Assembly (NCBI GenBank): GCA_030390025.1
Contig: CM059432.1
Location: 54,190,001-54,254,000 of the forward strand
Source of the DNA: Squalus acanthias
Taxonomy: Eukaryota
Reading direction: 5' to 3'
DNA length: 64,000 nt
Within the stretch, counting starts at the first letter, position 1, and every line of letters starts with the position of its first letter. Below the pieces are notes generated by a model. It was not told where the DNA came from. It did not search any database and was given only the letters and a program-made list of their open reading frames with translations. Positions 23,840 to 36,232 of this stretch are shown here, in pieces. The position numbers and the translations under genes were made by a program.

Positions 23840-24075
23840 GGACAAAATGTACAGGTTCATCCATCTGAGGGTCCTAAAGGAGATGGGACAGGTGCTGTGG
23901 GAGGAGCTTATCCATGTCTGTAATAGTTCACTGGTGTCAGGGACTACTTCCTTAGACTGGAAGGAGGATATTGTAGTTCCAATTTTTAAAAAGGGGAATA
24001 AGGCAGAACCTTGTAACTATAGACCCATACGTCAGTAATAGGAAAGATGCTCGAGGCAATCATTTGGGATGTAAC
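23840..24075 (+). mobile_element. CR1 RT fragment
   Basis: DWKEDIVVPIFKKGNKAEPCNYRPI. Confidence 0.8.
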
Positions 24076-24942
24076 GGGGTACGGTAGCAGAATGGTTATG
24101 TTACTGGACTAGTAATCCGGGAGACATGAATTCAAATCCCACTACGGCAGCTGTGGAATTTAAATTCAGTTAATTAAATAAATCTGTAATAAAAAGCTAG
24201 TATCAGTAATGGTGACCATGAAACTACCGGATTGTTGTAAAAACCCATCCTGTTCACTAATGTCTTTTAGGGAAGGAAATCGTACCTGGTCTGGTCTATA
24301 TGTGACTCCAGACCCATAGAAATGTGCTTGACTCTTAACTCCCACTGAAATGGCCGAGCAAGCCACTCAGTTGTAACAACCTGCCACAAGAAATAAGAAT
24401 AAAACCAGATGGACCACCCGGCATCAACTTAGGACACGGCAAAGGCACACCCAACCCAGTTAACCCTGAAAAGTCCTCCTTGCTAACGTCTGCCGACTTG
24501 TGCCAAAATAGGGAGAGCTGTCCCACAGACTAGTCAAGCAACAGCCTGACATAGTCATACTCACAGAATTATACCTTTCAGCCAATGTCCTAGACCCCCT
24601 CCATCACTATCCCTGGGTATGTCTTATCCCACCAGCAGGACAGACCCACCAGAGGTCGCAGCACAGTGGTATACAGTCGGGAGAGAGTAGCCCTGGGAAA
24701 CCTCAACATTGACTCCAGACCCCATTAAGTCTCATTGCTCCAGGTCAAGCATGGGCAAGGGAACCTCCTGCTGATTACCACCAACCGCCCTCCCTCAGCT
24801 GATGAAGCAGTACTCCTTCATGTTGAACACCACTTGGAAGAAGCATTGAGCGTAGCAAGCGCACAGAATGTACTCTGGGTGGGGACTTCAATGTCCATCA
24901 CAAAGTGTGGCTCGGTAACACCACTACTGACTGAGCTGGCTG
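24076..24942 (+). mobile_element. LINE 5' portion with a tRNA-like head followed by a decayed APE endonuclease
   Basis: A-box-like TAGCAGAATGG (~24085) and B-box-like AATTCAAATCCC (~24129); then GELSHRLVKQQPDIVILTE, PGYVLSHQQDRPT, LLLITTNRPP and WVGDFN-like motifs. Confidence 0.75.
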
Positions 24943-25199
24943 TTATGTGTATGGGTGTGTGAGGAAGAACCCGTGTGTGTGTGTGTATATAGAAAAATCA
25001 CAAGAGTGCAAAATAAATTTATAAAATAAAAATAATGAACATAAATTTCAAGTAGGAACAATATTCTAAAGCAATAAATAGCCACAGTAACTGTCTTGGT
25101 CCTGAACAGTTCTGAAAGTAACAGGTACCCCAAGCTACATGTTTGAGTGAAGCATTACTAAAGGATCTATAACGCAGCTGGAATGGAAAAAGTGAAATT

Positions 25200-26172
25200 A
25201 CCTGGTTGCTGCACCACTTAGCTCACGTAATTGCTGACAGATTTGTTCAGCTCAGTGGGACTGCCCTTGCTTGGCTCCACTCTCACCTATCCAATCGTAA
25301 CCAGAACCTACTCCGGAATTGGCTTCTCTTTCCGCCCCAAAACATTAGCTCTGAAATCCTCAAGGATCTATCTTTGGACTTTCTTCTTCCACACCTACAT
25401 GCTGCTTTTTGGCGATATCATCCACAGGCAGGGGGTCAGCTTTCACATGTATGCTGAGAACACCCTGCTTTAAATCTCCACCACCTCTCTCATCTCCTCC
25501 ACTGCCTCTGTTGTCAGATGCTGCAATTTCCTCCAATTAAATATTGGGAAGACCAAAGCCATTGTTTTCGGCCTCTGCCACAAATTCAGCACCCTTACCA
25601 GTGGTTCCATCCTCTCCTCCGACCACTGTCTCAGACTTAACCAGACTGTTCACAACCTTGGCATCCTATTCAACTCCAAATTGACCTTCCAATCCCATAT
25701 CCACTCCAAGACAAAGACTGCATACTTCCACCTCCATAATCTACTTAAGCCCATCTGCAGCTAAAACCTTCCTCTGTGTCTTTGTAAACTCCAGACTCAA
25801 CTATTCCAATGCTCTCCTGGCTGACCTTCCATCCTCCACCCTCTGTAGTCTTCAGCTCATCCAAAATTCAGCTTCCCATATCCTACCAGCACCAAGTCGC
25901 GCTCACCCATCACCCCTGTCTATGCTGACCTGCATTGGCATCTAGTCCCCCAATATCTTAGATTTAATATTCTCATCCTTGTGTTTAAATCCCTTCATGG
26001 CCTTGTCTCTCCCTTTCTCTGTAACCTCCTCCAGCCCTACAACACCCCACCCCACACCCAAACTCCATTTCTCTGAGTCTGGCCTCTTAATGATCCCTCT
26101 CTTCCTTTACCTCATCATTAACAACCATGCCATCACCCACTTGGGCCCCATGCTCTGGAATTCCCTCCCTAA
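25200..26172 (+). mobile_element. Old L2-clade LINE RT fragment
   Basis: LSGTALAWLHSHLSNR, SFHMYAEN (degenerate YADD), LQLNIGKT, SPITPV..LHW and LWNSLP. Confidence 0.8.
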
Positions 26173-26219
26173 CATTCATGAGCAGGTGAAGAAATCCATG
26201 GGTGCCAGAAGGAAACAAT

Positions 26220-27037
26220 GGGCGTGGAATTCGGTTACGCCTCGTTTGGGGACAGTAACCGAGTTAAGGACGGACATTTAGCGCCTAGCGCAGATGTCTG
26301 GCCCGGCTGCTAAATTCGGCTTACCACCCCACACAGGAAGTGGAGTGCAATGTCGAGCGCTCCACTTCCTGGCGGGGCGGTATCCAAGGCGATGTCGGGG
26401 CGCGATCGGCAGTGCTCCGCGTAGGCTCCGCGGAGCGCTGCCACGTTTCAACGCCGCTCCCCTTCAGTTAAAGGGGAGGGCCGCTGCGCATTCTGCAAGG
26501 CCTCCGATGGCCCACACTGGGCCACAAGGGCAGTGTGGTGCCATGGCAGCAGCCCGGTGTCGAGATGCGGTGCTGGGCTGCGTGATAGCGGCCTGGACCA
26601 TGCCACGGCACACCACGGAGGTTTTGACCTGGAGGTGGCCAAAAAAAGAAAATGGCGGCGCGTGTCGCAGCTGCACCTCCCCTTTAAATACCGCCCCACA
26701 AGTGGAGGTCGACCCGGCTCGTGACCCGCGAGGCTGGCGCTGACACTGCCCACGGCAGCCTCGCAGGGTGCAGCTGAATTTCTGCCGTGAGGCAGTAGAG
26801 GGACGCGGCGGGGCGCTAAGAGGTCACTGCGCATGGCGATGACATCATCGCTGGCGGCGCAGCGGCCCGGGGCACTAGCGGCAGGGTGCGGCACTATCGG
26901 GTAGCGCCTCAGCAACGCCCCACCGAATTTCTCTGGAGGTGCTTTTTTCGCCCCCCCCGGGCGATAAGCCCTTTGTGCCCCATTAGCACCCCCTGGAGGC
27001 GCTAGCGGCAGGTGCAAAGGAGCCAAATTTCTAGCCC
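26220..27037. mobile_element. Harbinger-type MITE related to 6111-6785
   Basis: Imperfect TIRs GGGCGTGGAATTCGG / CCAAATTTCTAGCCC. Shared internal blocks TTAAAGGGGAGGG, AAAATGGC...CCTTTAA, CATGGYGATGAC and CCGAATTT. CpG-rich. Confidence 0.7.
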
Positions 27038-27693
27038 ACTAGTGGGTCCAAAATTACTGGCAGAAGAGAAACCACCTGTGGCCACCAGTAACAACTGGTG
27101 GGAGAAGATGCTGCCAGCAAACTGGATGCTGGGATAGAAGCAGTGGATGTGTGACATTCATGTACACGCACCCAGCACTGAGGGGCATTGATGTCCTGAG
27201 TATGTGAGAGGGCTTCCACGGAGGAATTTAGCTAGGGCACTAACTTCACACATGTATGGATGACCAAAAAACACAGATGGAAGGACCAAGTTAAAAAAAA
27301 ACACAGCAAGCATGCCCAAGGCCCTGAAAGTGAAGCACAAGTAGATTAAAATTGTTTAAGTGTGTGAGTATATTGATAAATTTTGTTCAATTCAAATATA
27401 TCTGTATGTGTGTGTGTGTGCACATGTATGTGTGGGAATATAGGTTCCAAAGTGAAATTTTGAAATAAATTGTCTTTATATAAATGGTTGTTAACTGCGA
27501 TAATTTTTCAGTATTGTAAAGTGCACAACTGAGAAATGTTTTATTTTTCAGTAGTGACTTTGGGAAATTTTTACAGCCTCAATGTTATTTACTATTGCTA
27601 ATCAAGCTAGCAGATTGCAAAGAGTAGAATTGTCTCATTAGGGCGAAACAGTTAGGAGAAATTTCCTAAATGAGCTCAGTGACAAAACTGTAA

Positions 27694-28574
27694 GGGGGAA
27701 ATATGCAGTATCGCCCCGTTTGGGGCGCAATTATCGGCCGGGCGCAAAGTTTAGCGCCTGGCGCTAATTATCGCCTCCGACTGCAAACTTGGCTTTTATC
27801 GCTCCTGGAGGTGATTGGAGCGCTAAATCAGGCACTACACATCTGTCTTAAGGCGCAAAGGCCGAGGAGCGAGGTGCTATCTCAGAGCGCTGGCGAAGCT
27901 CATGTGATGTCAGTCAGCAATGGAACACAGACACAATGGCGCCGGCCAGTTCTTAAAGGGGAGGGTTGATCTTGCTCTCCATCCACATCCTGCTCATTGC
28001 AGCCTTGAATCTCGGCCTGGAGAGACCTGTACATCAAATCTGCTGGAAAGAACAATGGAGAGTACCAGGGAAAGAGCTCAGAGTGCAGCCCCCACACTCT
28101 CTTCTAAATAGATGCAAGGAATGGCAAATCAAAATGAACCTGCAAAGTGCTGCTCAGTACCCAAAACTCCTTCACACAGCGTTGAATCTCTCCAGAAGTC
28201 TCTCTCTCTCTCTCAGAATGCGTGGTGCAAAAATGTCACCAACAAAAAAAGGCAGGAAGCGTTCGCCTTTAAATAGCGTTCCCCCAGTCCCTTCCTGACT
28301 GCAAAACGCTCCCCTCAACCTGTCATTGCTAGCGTCAGGCGGTAAGGCAGGGGGTGCCACTCAATATCCGCTCTGGGGCGTTGCGCACTCGACTGACGTC
28401 ACAATCTGCCGGCGCAGGAGATCGTGGCGGTAGTGTTTAGCGTCGCCGCAAAATGTCTGGTCAATTTTGCAAGAGGCGCAGATATCGCCGCGCCCGGGTG
28501 CTAGTTGCTTTGCGCCCCATTAACACCCTCTTAAGGCGCTAACGGGAGGCGCAAACCAACTGAATTTTTCCCCC
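27694..28574 (-). mobile_element. Internally deleted, non-autonomous relative of the 6820-11038 Harbinger (881 bp)
   Basis: TAA TSD at 27691-27693 and 28575-28577. The left part matches the reverse complement of ~10650-11038 including the Myb start (MESTRERAQ vs MERVRERAH). The right part matches the reverse complement of 6820-7250. Confidence 0.93.
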
Positions 28575-28756
28575 TAATTGTTAGCACCATGAAAGTCAAC
28601 ATGAAATCAATGTTTATAATTGTACACAATTGCTCTTAGCTCTCATTCTGTGTGGTGGTGCATTGCCTGATGTATACCTCACAATCTGAGCTCTCTGTGT
28701 CGTGAATCTTGTAAAGTAGTGGGAGCGAAGAGAGGGAACAGTTATTCTACTGAGAA

Positions 28757-29187
28757 TTTTTTTTAAATTCGTTTATGGGATGTGGGCGTCGCTGGCAAGG
28801 CCAGCATTTATTGCCTATCCCTAATTGCCCTTGAGAAGGTGGTGGTGAGCCGCCTTCTTGAACTGCTGCAGTCCCTGTGGTGAAGGTACTCCCACAGTAC
28901 TGTTAGGGAGGGAGTTCCAGGATTTTGACCCAGTGACGATGAAGGATTGGTGATATACTTCTAAGTCAGGATGGTGTGTGACTTGGAGGGGAACTTGGAG
29001 GTGGTGGTGTTCCCATGCGCCTGCTGCCCTTGTCCTTCTAGGTGGAAGAGGTCGCGAGTTTGGGAGGTGCTGCCGAAGAAACCTTGGCGAGTTGCTGCAG
29101 TGCATCTTGTAGATGGTACACACTGCAGCCATGGTACACCGGTGGTGGAGGGAGTGAATGTTTAAGGTGGTGGATGGGGTGCCAATA
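28757..29187 (-). mobile_element. Family B LINE 3' fragment
   Basis: IGTPSTTLNIHSLHHR...WNSLPNSTVG...HHLLKGN plus the family tail. Confidence 0.9.
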
Positions 29188-29305
29188 TGAACTAATAACC
29201 CAAATAGTTGCAGTACTTCCCTTTCAATCACTCACCACTTTAGGGTTATGCTACTATATTGTGTACTAGGCTTTTTGTTTTCTTTAAACAGATTCTTGAG
29301 ATTTA

Positions 29306-29437
29306 AGGGTAGATTTTACAAATTTATACTCTCAGAAAATCCTGCAAGGCATGCTTATCTTGTCAACTGAGTTCTCAATATGCATCTCCGGCACATGAAG
29401 CTCTGTGCTGGAAGAGCAAATTCATAAAATCTACCCC
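29306..29437. mobile_element. Very short hairpin MITE
   Basis: GGGTAGATTTTA / TAAAATCTACCC termini about 130 bp apart. Confidence 0.55.
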
Positions 29438-29680
29438 TTGGTGAAATATAATTCAATTTATGAACTCATTTCAAAGCTTAAGCTTTCAGCTCTTTTTGGT
29501 ACACCCTCTGGATTTTGTCCAGCAGCAGTAATGTTCGTGTGTATTAGCAGTTAATTGCTATAGAAAATCTCAGAATGTTGTGTGTATGTCTGAATAATAT
29601 TAAAAATATAAATAACTGCTTTTATAAGATTGGTGTATCTGTGCCTTTTTTCAGCAGCCATGTTCTAAATTATTGTACCT

Positions 29681-30392
29681 CTACATACCAGCCAAGAGCT
29701 TACCAAATTGGTTGGAGGACCTTTTGTGAAGTATCACTGGAAGGCTACCCAAATCACCTAGTATTTCCTGGTGTATAGCCATCAGCTTTCTTCGGCAGAC
29801 TGGGCTCTTGATGTCAGCATCTGAATACTCTGCAACAAAGCTAGTGTGTGATCTTGCCAACCAGTGATCTGGCCCCTGTGCCATCCTATCACCCTGCCCT
29901 AGCTCCTGCATGCTTTTGCCCGGTGATTTATCGCATGAAGACTCAACCTCTAGCCTACACTCTAAAGTACGCGTGGTGCCAGACTCAGAGCTGGTGCTTG
30001 CCATGGTCTGATTAAGTGACGGTGCATCTTCAGGAAGGCTGGTCTCTTCCCGAAGTGGCAGAGGGGCGTCCACATTTTCAGCATCTGAAATGAAAGAGAT
30101 GGACAAAGGTTAACTTTTAGTGTCAGAGAGATGAGTGGCTGCTGAATGCATCTGCAGTTTATCATGCAGAATGTGTAGAGTGAGATAGAAAGGGAAAAAC
30201 GTAAAAGAGGATAACGGGTGAAGAAATACAGCATAATGTCTCCTCCAGCGTTGCCACTCGCCACGCCCATGACTCATCCCCCTGCCCATGATGTTTAGAA
30301 GGTCCTCCACAAGTGGGGAGAGGGTGTGCAGGCATCCTGTGACGTCTCCGGTCACCACCTCCTGCCTCATGTTGTGCCTAACTTTCTCGCCT
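29681..30392 (-). pseudogene. Decayed Harbinger Myb-like gene, exons 2-3
   Basis: TTTTACAG| followed by EKVRHNMRQEVVTG...LHTLSPLVEDLLNIMG (compare AKLAHNRRQQQRTCGG...LQPLSDLEEHVHRIV), then CTTTCATTTCAG|AT preceding an acidic/Ser-rich frame, as in the intact gene. Confidence 0.65.
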
Positions 30393-32008
30393 GTAAAATA
30401 ACCCATCTGATTATCTTTTCAATATAGGTGTGTGCTTCAACCTGCCCAGTTTTCTGCTAGTTACCATGCCCAGGCTCACTGTATAGTCTTAAACACTCCA
30501 GGCAGCTCTGGGACTTAGCTTCATGTCTAATTAAACTTTGTGAATAATTGGATTTTTTACTCATTCTTTTTTAATTTACATTATTTCATTTTTTATTAAT
30601 GTTTACCTCACCCAAAATATAGTAAAGATATGGCCAAGCAACCTTGTTTACAAACAAATTATATGGGTGTATAATGGATTCATGTTTTTGCTATTAGTGT
30701 GCAATTAGTTTGATCTAAATTATATATTCCAGGGCCCCCATGTACCTTGTCTACTAACAAACAAGGTGCAAATTGCTCTAATTCAGATACATGTATAAAT
30801 ATCTATTCAGTAATCAATTTAATGTTCTCATTGGAATACAAAACCCAGGAGACAATAATTGAGATAATCCTATCTTCTTGAAACAAAGTGAAAAGCACTA
30901 CTCCTTGTTTATTATTTCAGATAGCACACAACTTGTACAACCTGCTCTTGGTATTTTATTTATAATTTGTTATTCTTCACCTTCCAGGCCTGCTCTGTTA
31001 TGACACTAGTTGAGAAGGTCTCTTTCAAATTTTATAATCCCTTTCTTTGCATGTGTGGGCACGTTTCCAGTAAAAGAACAGGGGATCTGTGTAAATGAAT
31101 CCATTGCTCCTTTTCACAATTCAGTCACAGACCAATTTAGAGTCAGATTTATTTGATTTCAAGTGCAAAGTGGAAGCTTTAGGACCACAATGATTAACGC
31201 TGTTGCTAAGTCTGAGAAAATATTCAAACTCCAGAGTTTACCTAAAATATGAAGGAAAGGGCAATGTCACCTGTGGATTCATCAAGCTTTTTTTAAAATT
31301 TGAAACTCTTTCTGTCATGCATTCCCTACCTGTACAGCGCTAAGAGCTCTTACTTTCTAAATCTTCTATGTAGAATATTCATTTACAGGAATGAAAACGA
31401 TAAATCTTCTTCCGGTGTCACCTGAACTACCAGAGTTTTCTGGAGTCGGCGCAATGATTTATTCATGGTTTTAGCTTCGGTTCTGAGAGCTCGCCAAAGG
31501 TGGTCACAGGAAATTGCAGGTGTCAGCAGAGCTTCAAAGGCTGCAGCTAAAATTTAAAGAAATAAGGCGACTTAAAGGTAAATGACTGCATAAGAGGCTA
31601 AACATTGGGTTACACCCTTTACAAAAGCTATTTTAAAAAGTATAATTTAGCCTGTCTAAAGGCCTTATCAGGCAAAAACAAGAGGCAAAAGACAAAAACC
31701 AGTGGCTGGCAAAATAAATGCGGAGGCAGGAGGAAAAGAGCCTCGTGTAGCAGCACCTCCATTTGACAGTTTGATGGCTGGCAAATTGGAGGTGCCGCAG
31801 CACGAAGTAGGCGCGAAAAGCATTTCCCTGTTTGGTACTCACTCTCCACAGAAGACCGCAGTACAGCATGCCCAGCCGTAGGTAGCAGCCAGGGTCAGAG
31901 CTGTGTATACCAGCCGAGCATTGCAGAGGAGGCTGTTTTTGAGCAGGGACTGGGGCCGAGCAGAATCTCTGCCTGCCCCACGTGATGCGCCCCCGACCCC
32001 ATCCCGTA

Positions 32009-32267
32009 CAGGATTGCCAACTTTGGTTGGAGGTATTCAGGGAGGTTTCATCACATGACCGCCCGCCTCCAACTGCCTCGCCCAGCCAAACACCCTTTTT
32101 TTTCCCATCTCCAATATTTTTATAACTAATAAACAAAAGTATTCAGAGAAAATGAAAAAAAAACCCCACAATGATCCCTATGATTTTTCTCCCGTGTTGC
32201 TCACAGCAGTGTCCATAATCTTTAACTCCTGGAGATTGCAAGGCAATCCTGGCAGGTTGGCAAGCTA
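32009..32267. mobile_element. Possible small hAT-type non-autonomous element
   Basis: Termini CAGGATTGCCAAC / GTTGGCAAGCTA resemble (T/C)AGGGTTGCCA-type TIRs; TSD not resolved. Confidence 0.4.
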
Positions 32268-35094
32268 TGTCAGGGGGCGCTTGCAGTCTGGGCAGCATTG
32301 ACAGTGCTGATGAAACACCCAACTTGGCTGGCAGGGGCAGGGGTTTTGCTGCCACACCTTTCCAGTCGAAGTGGACCTGCAGTCCCAGTTCAGCAGGTCA
32401 AAAAACAATTCAGTGCTGCTGCTTTCCCATTAGGTTGGTTTCCTGAATGCAACGATTGCTTTTGTGAAGAAAGCATTTTAATTTTTAAATCTTCCTGAGG
32501 CCCTTAGCAACCCTGGATGCCAGGGATACAAGAAGCATCCCTCGTGCCCAGTAATGCTAGGACACAAATGAAGCAAAATGCTGCAACTGCTTCATTCGCA
32601 TCGTGTCATAATGTACCTGCCCATGGGTACGCAGGCATATTATATGCCCATCCCCATGCCAATCGCAGCTTCTGACATGGAAAAAGAGATGACAACCAGG
32701 CGTGACTAGATTCCGCCCCAACTTGCTCGCTTCAACTCGCCAGCGTGAGGCCCAAGCCATTTTAACCCCCAGGCCTCATTACAATATCCACGACTGCCTC
32801 CCGCACGAACCTGGTGGGTATGACGCGATGCCTAGTGGGCAATAAAGGGACAGTAAGCAGCAGTGGGCCACCACCGGGGACCCAAGGAAACAGTTCCAGG
32901 CAAGGTACGTGACGAGAAGGGTCCAAGCCAATCGCAGTCAAGTGAAGGAACAGGGAAAACCGAGGCAGGGGAGGCCTAAGGATTCCTTGTGGGGCTCAGT
33001 CGAGAGCACCCGCCCTTCCTGACCCACACGGGATCCTTTAAAAAATGTTAAAAAGCACTTACCTGGGTCTCTTCTGGCCCTGGTTGCAACAGCTTCCCCG
33101 GGCGTAGGTGACAATTTCCACGACTCACACAGCCCGGGTTAAAATAGAGTTGGGTTTGAATTATGTCATTGGACCCCGACAGTTGAATATTCAGGAGGCC
33201 CTCGCCTGTCAGCCTCATAATGGTTGTCAGTGCCTCATAATTCTGGGATAAATACGATCTATTCCTGGGGATTTATTTGTTTTGAACCCTTTTAGCCTGT
33301 CTAGAACTTCTATCTAATTTATAATAAAATCATAAATTTTGCTTTGGTTATCTCTGGTTGGGGAAGACATGTTGCTCATGTCTGCCCCAGTGAATTCAAA
33401 ATATTTACTGTCTTGTATTCATCTGCAGTTTTGAGCTCATTGCCATCTATTATGGTTCTCACCTCCTCACTAACTGCCCTCTTACAGTTGCAGTACTGAA
33501 AGAATTCTTTACTGTTATGCTTTGCCTCTGCCACTAAGTTGCTGGGATTCACTAAATGGGGAGAGATCTAACAAAAATGACCTCTAATAATAATTCCAAC
33601 CGACATTTTAAAATGGCGCAATCAAGGCCTAATCCGAATGGTTGGATGGGCTGTCAATCATATCGCGCGCACATTGCCGCCATTTTGTGTGGGCACAAAA
33701 GGAGAGAAAGGGAAAGATAGTAAATGTGGAGGAGAACAAAATAAAAGCTGAGCGATGTTGCGTCGTGATTCATGTCCGTTTGACTGCCAGGTCTATGTGG
33801 GTGACCTCGGAACCAATGGAAACATTCCCTCCCTCCCCATTCCCCGCAGATTTAAAAAACAGCAAACTCACTGTAACATTCAGCTATTTAGGTTCCACAG
33901 CCCCATTATGTACCGCTAGGAGAAAGAAAGAACATTTAAAAACATAAAATTGAACAACTGTTGCATAACTACCAACAAAAATTGTTAACAGAATTAAAAA
34001 ATATGTTGAAAACTGGAAAAACGAAAGCCATTTAAGTAGCATAGATCCAGCCAAATGATCATGTGTCACCAGGCTTAGGGATTGCATTATATTTCTTTAA
34101 CAGCAGTTTTATTTTAAACATAACATCCAAAGCTAATAAAATGTCTAATCTGTCTCTGAATTCATCAGATGCACCCAGGCGAGAGATGCGAGGATCAGCT
34201 TATTTGCAGACAGTGAGTTGTGTTTTGTCAGCTTAGTGCTCTATTTCCTGTTTTATGAGGAATTACCTCACAATCTCCAATCATAAAGCAACTAGGACAA
34301 CATGAGCAATAAAGGGAGAAAAATGCAACTTCCTGAAGTGATTACTACATCCTCTCTGAAATGGCACGTATGCCCCAACCAATTAAACTACAAGGCTAGA
34401 AAATGAACAGACGGGACGAAAACCAATCTGTTGAGCCGTGGTTAATAAATTCAAGAGGAGTTTGGTGTGTGGCACTTTCCAGTTGATTGATGTTTATTTG
34501 AAGAAATAATAAAAACAGATCAAACCATATTACAGTTGGAGTTTATTCACCATTACCCACTGATAACAGGAAGCAGTTACATCAGAAACCATGTACCTTT
34601 GGGAACAATAAAAGCCCTCAACTCATTATACAGAGATATAATTGTAATATTTCTCCATGTTCATTTCCTCTATGCTTTGTGTAGTATCTAATATAACTAC
34701 ACTTTGATGATAATACCATTTTAGACACATAGACACTCATACTGGTTTCCTCCTCACTAAACTCACAATCAGCAGATAGCAGGTTACTCAGGAAGACTTA
34801 TTCCAACTTTATTTGCATTTTATAACCATGCATTTATTTACACAGGTGTCTGTATTTTGTGAAAAAGGTTAAGCACAGCAGAAACAAAACAATATTAACG
34901 TGTAATGAAAATATCAACCGAGTATTTGTTCATTTGTTCGTGTGCAGAGCCCAACATACATCTTCATTTCTGTTTTGGAAAAATAATTATTATATTGTTC
35001 TGTTATTGCATAATTTTACTGTTATAAAGAAGAACAGTTGAGGAAGTGCTCCAAGCATGACAGGCATAACAAGGAGGATTTTAAATAAAGAAAA

Positions 35095-35547
35095 ATAAGA
35101 AGGACTTAGATTTATATAGCATCTTTTATGACCTCAGGACATCTCATAGCAATTCACAGCCAATAAAGTGCTTTTGAAGTGTAGTCACTGTTGTAATGTA
35201 GGAATCGTGGCAGCTTAATTGCGCACAGCAAGACCCCATGAACAGCGATGTGATAATGGCCAGATAATCTGTTTTAGTGATGTTGGTTGAGGGATAAATA
35301 TTGGCCAGGACACTGTGGAGAACTACCCTGCTTTTCTTCAAAATAGCATCATAGGATCTTTTACGTCCACCTGAGATGGCAGATGAAGCCTTGGTTTAAT
35401 GTTTCATCTGAAAGCCGGTACCTCTGACAATGCAGCACTCCCTCAATATTGCACTGGAGTGTCAGCCTAAATTTTGTGCTCAAGTCTCTGGAGTGAGACT
35501 TAAACCCACAACCTTCTGACTCAGAGACAATAGTGCTACCAACTGCT
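35095..35547 (-). mobile_element. Deu-domain SINE (SacSINE1-like)
   Basis: Minus strand has a tRNA-like head (GTTGGTAGCACT...GAGTCAGAAGGTTGTGGGTTTAAGTC), a central GTCCTGGCCAATATTTATCCCTCAACCAACATCAC Deu-like block, and an L2-like tail GATGCTATATAAAT. Confidence 0.82.
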
Positions 35548-35593
35548 ATAGAGATAGACTTGACTGTAGTTGGGAAGGCAGACAAACACATTG

Positions 35594-36232
35594 GGGGGAT
35601 AAATTGGTGGTGCACATGCTGCATGTTGCAGAAGAGGCCGGCCTAAGGACCACCCGAAATTGGTCTTTGGTCCTCATCTCAATATTTTGGGCAAGTTGGC
35701 AGCGCTTGTTGTGTCTCCAGATGCAGTTCCCCCTCCAATTTTGAGCCATCTTCCTTGCCTGCAGCAGCCCTAAGGTAAAATCAGGTGGGGGTGGAGGAGA
35801 ACAGACCGGGGGGGATGAGCGTGGGCCAACAGAGGACTGCACTCGTGCTAAGGAGCTGGGAAGAGAACTGCTGCTCCTCTCAGCTCCACATTAAGTATTT
35901 TATTAAACTTACCTCGTTGGTGGCGGCCTCCAGCGGTTCCTTTAAGGAGCGCTGGTTAGGCCACATGTAGATCAGCTAATCCTGACTGCTGCAAGCCCAG
36001 GGCCAACACATTTTTGGAATGGGTCTTAAAACAGGTGTTAGGCCCCTTATTAGCATATTCAAAGGCCTTGACGCCTGTTTTAGTCAGCCACCAGGGCCGC
36101 CTCTACAGCGCCTGAACCAATTGGACGTGTTTGCAATGCTGTTCGGGTATGGGAGGGTGCCTCCTAAATTGGGCCACTGCGTCCCCATTTTCCGCATGGC
36201 AAATGCGTGCAACGAGGTCCAATTTCACCTCC
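35594..36232. mobile_element. Degenerate MITE-like element
   Basis: GGGGGATAAATTGG / CCAATTTCACCTCC termini; internal motifs shared with 38108-38715. Confidence 0.5.
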
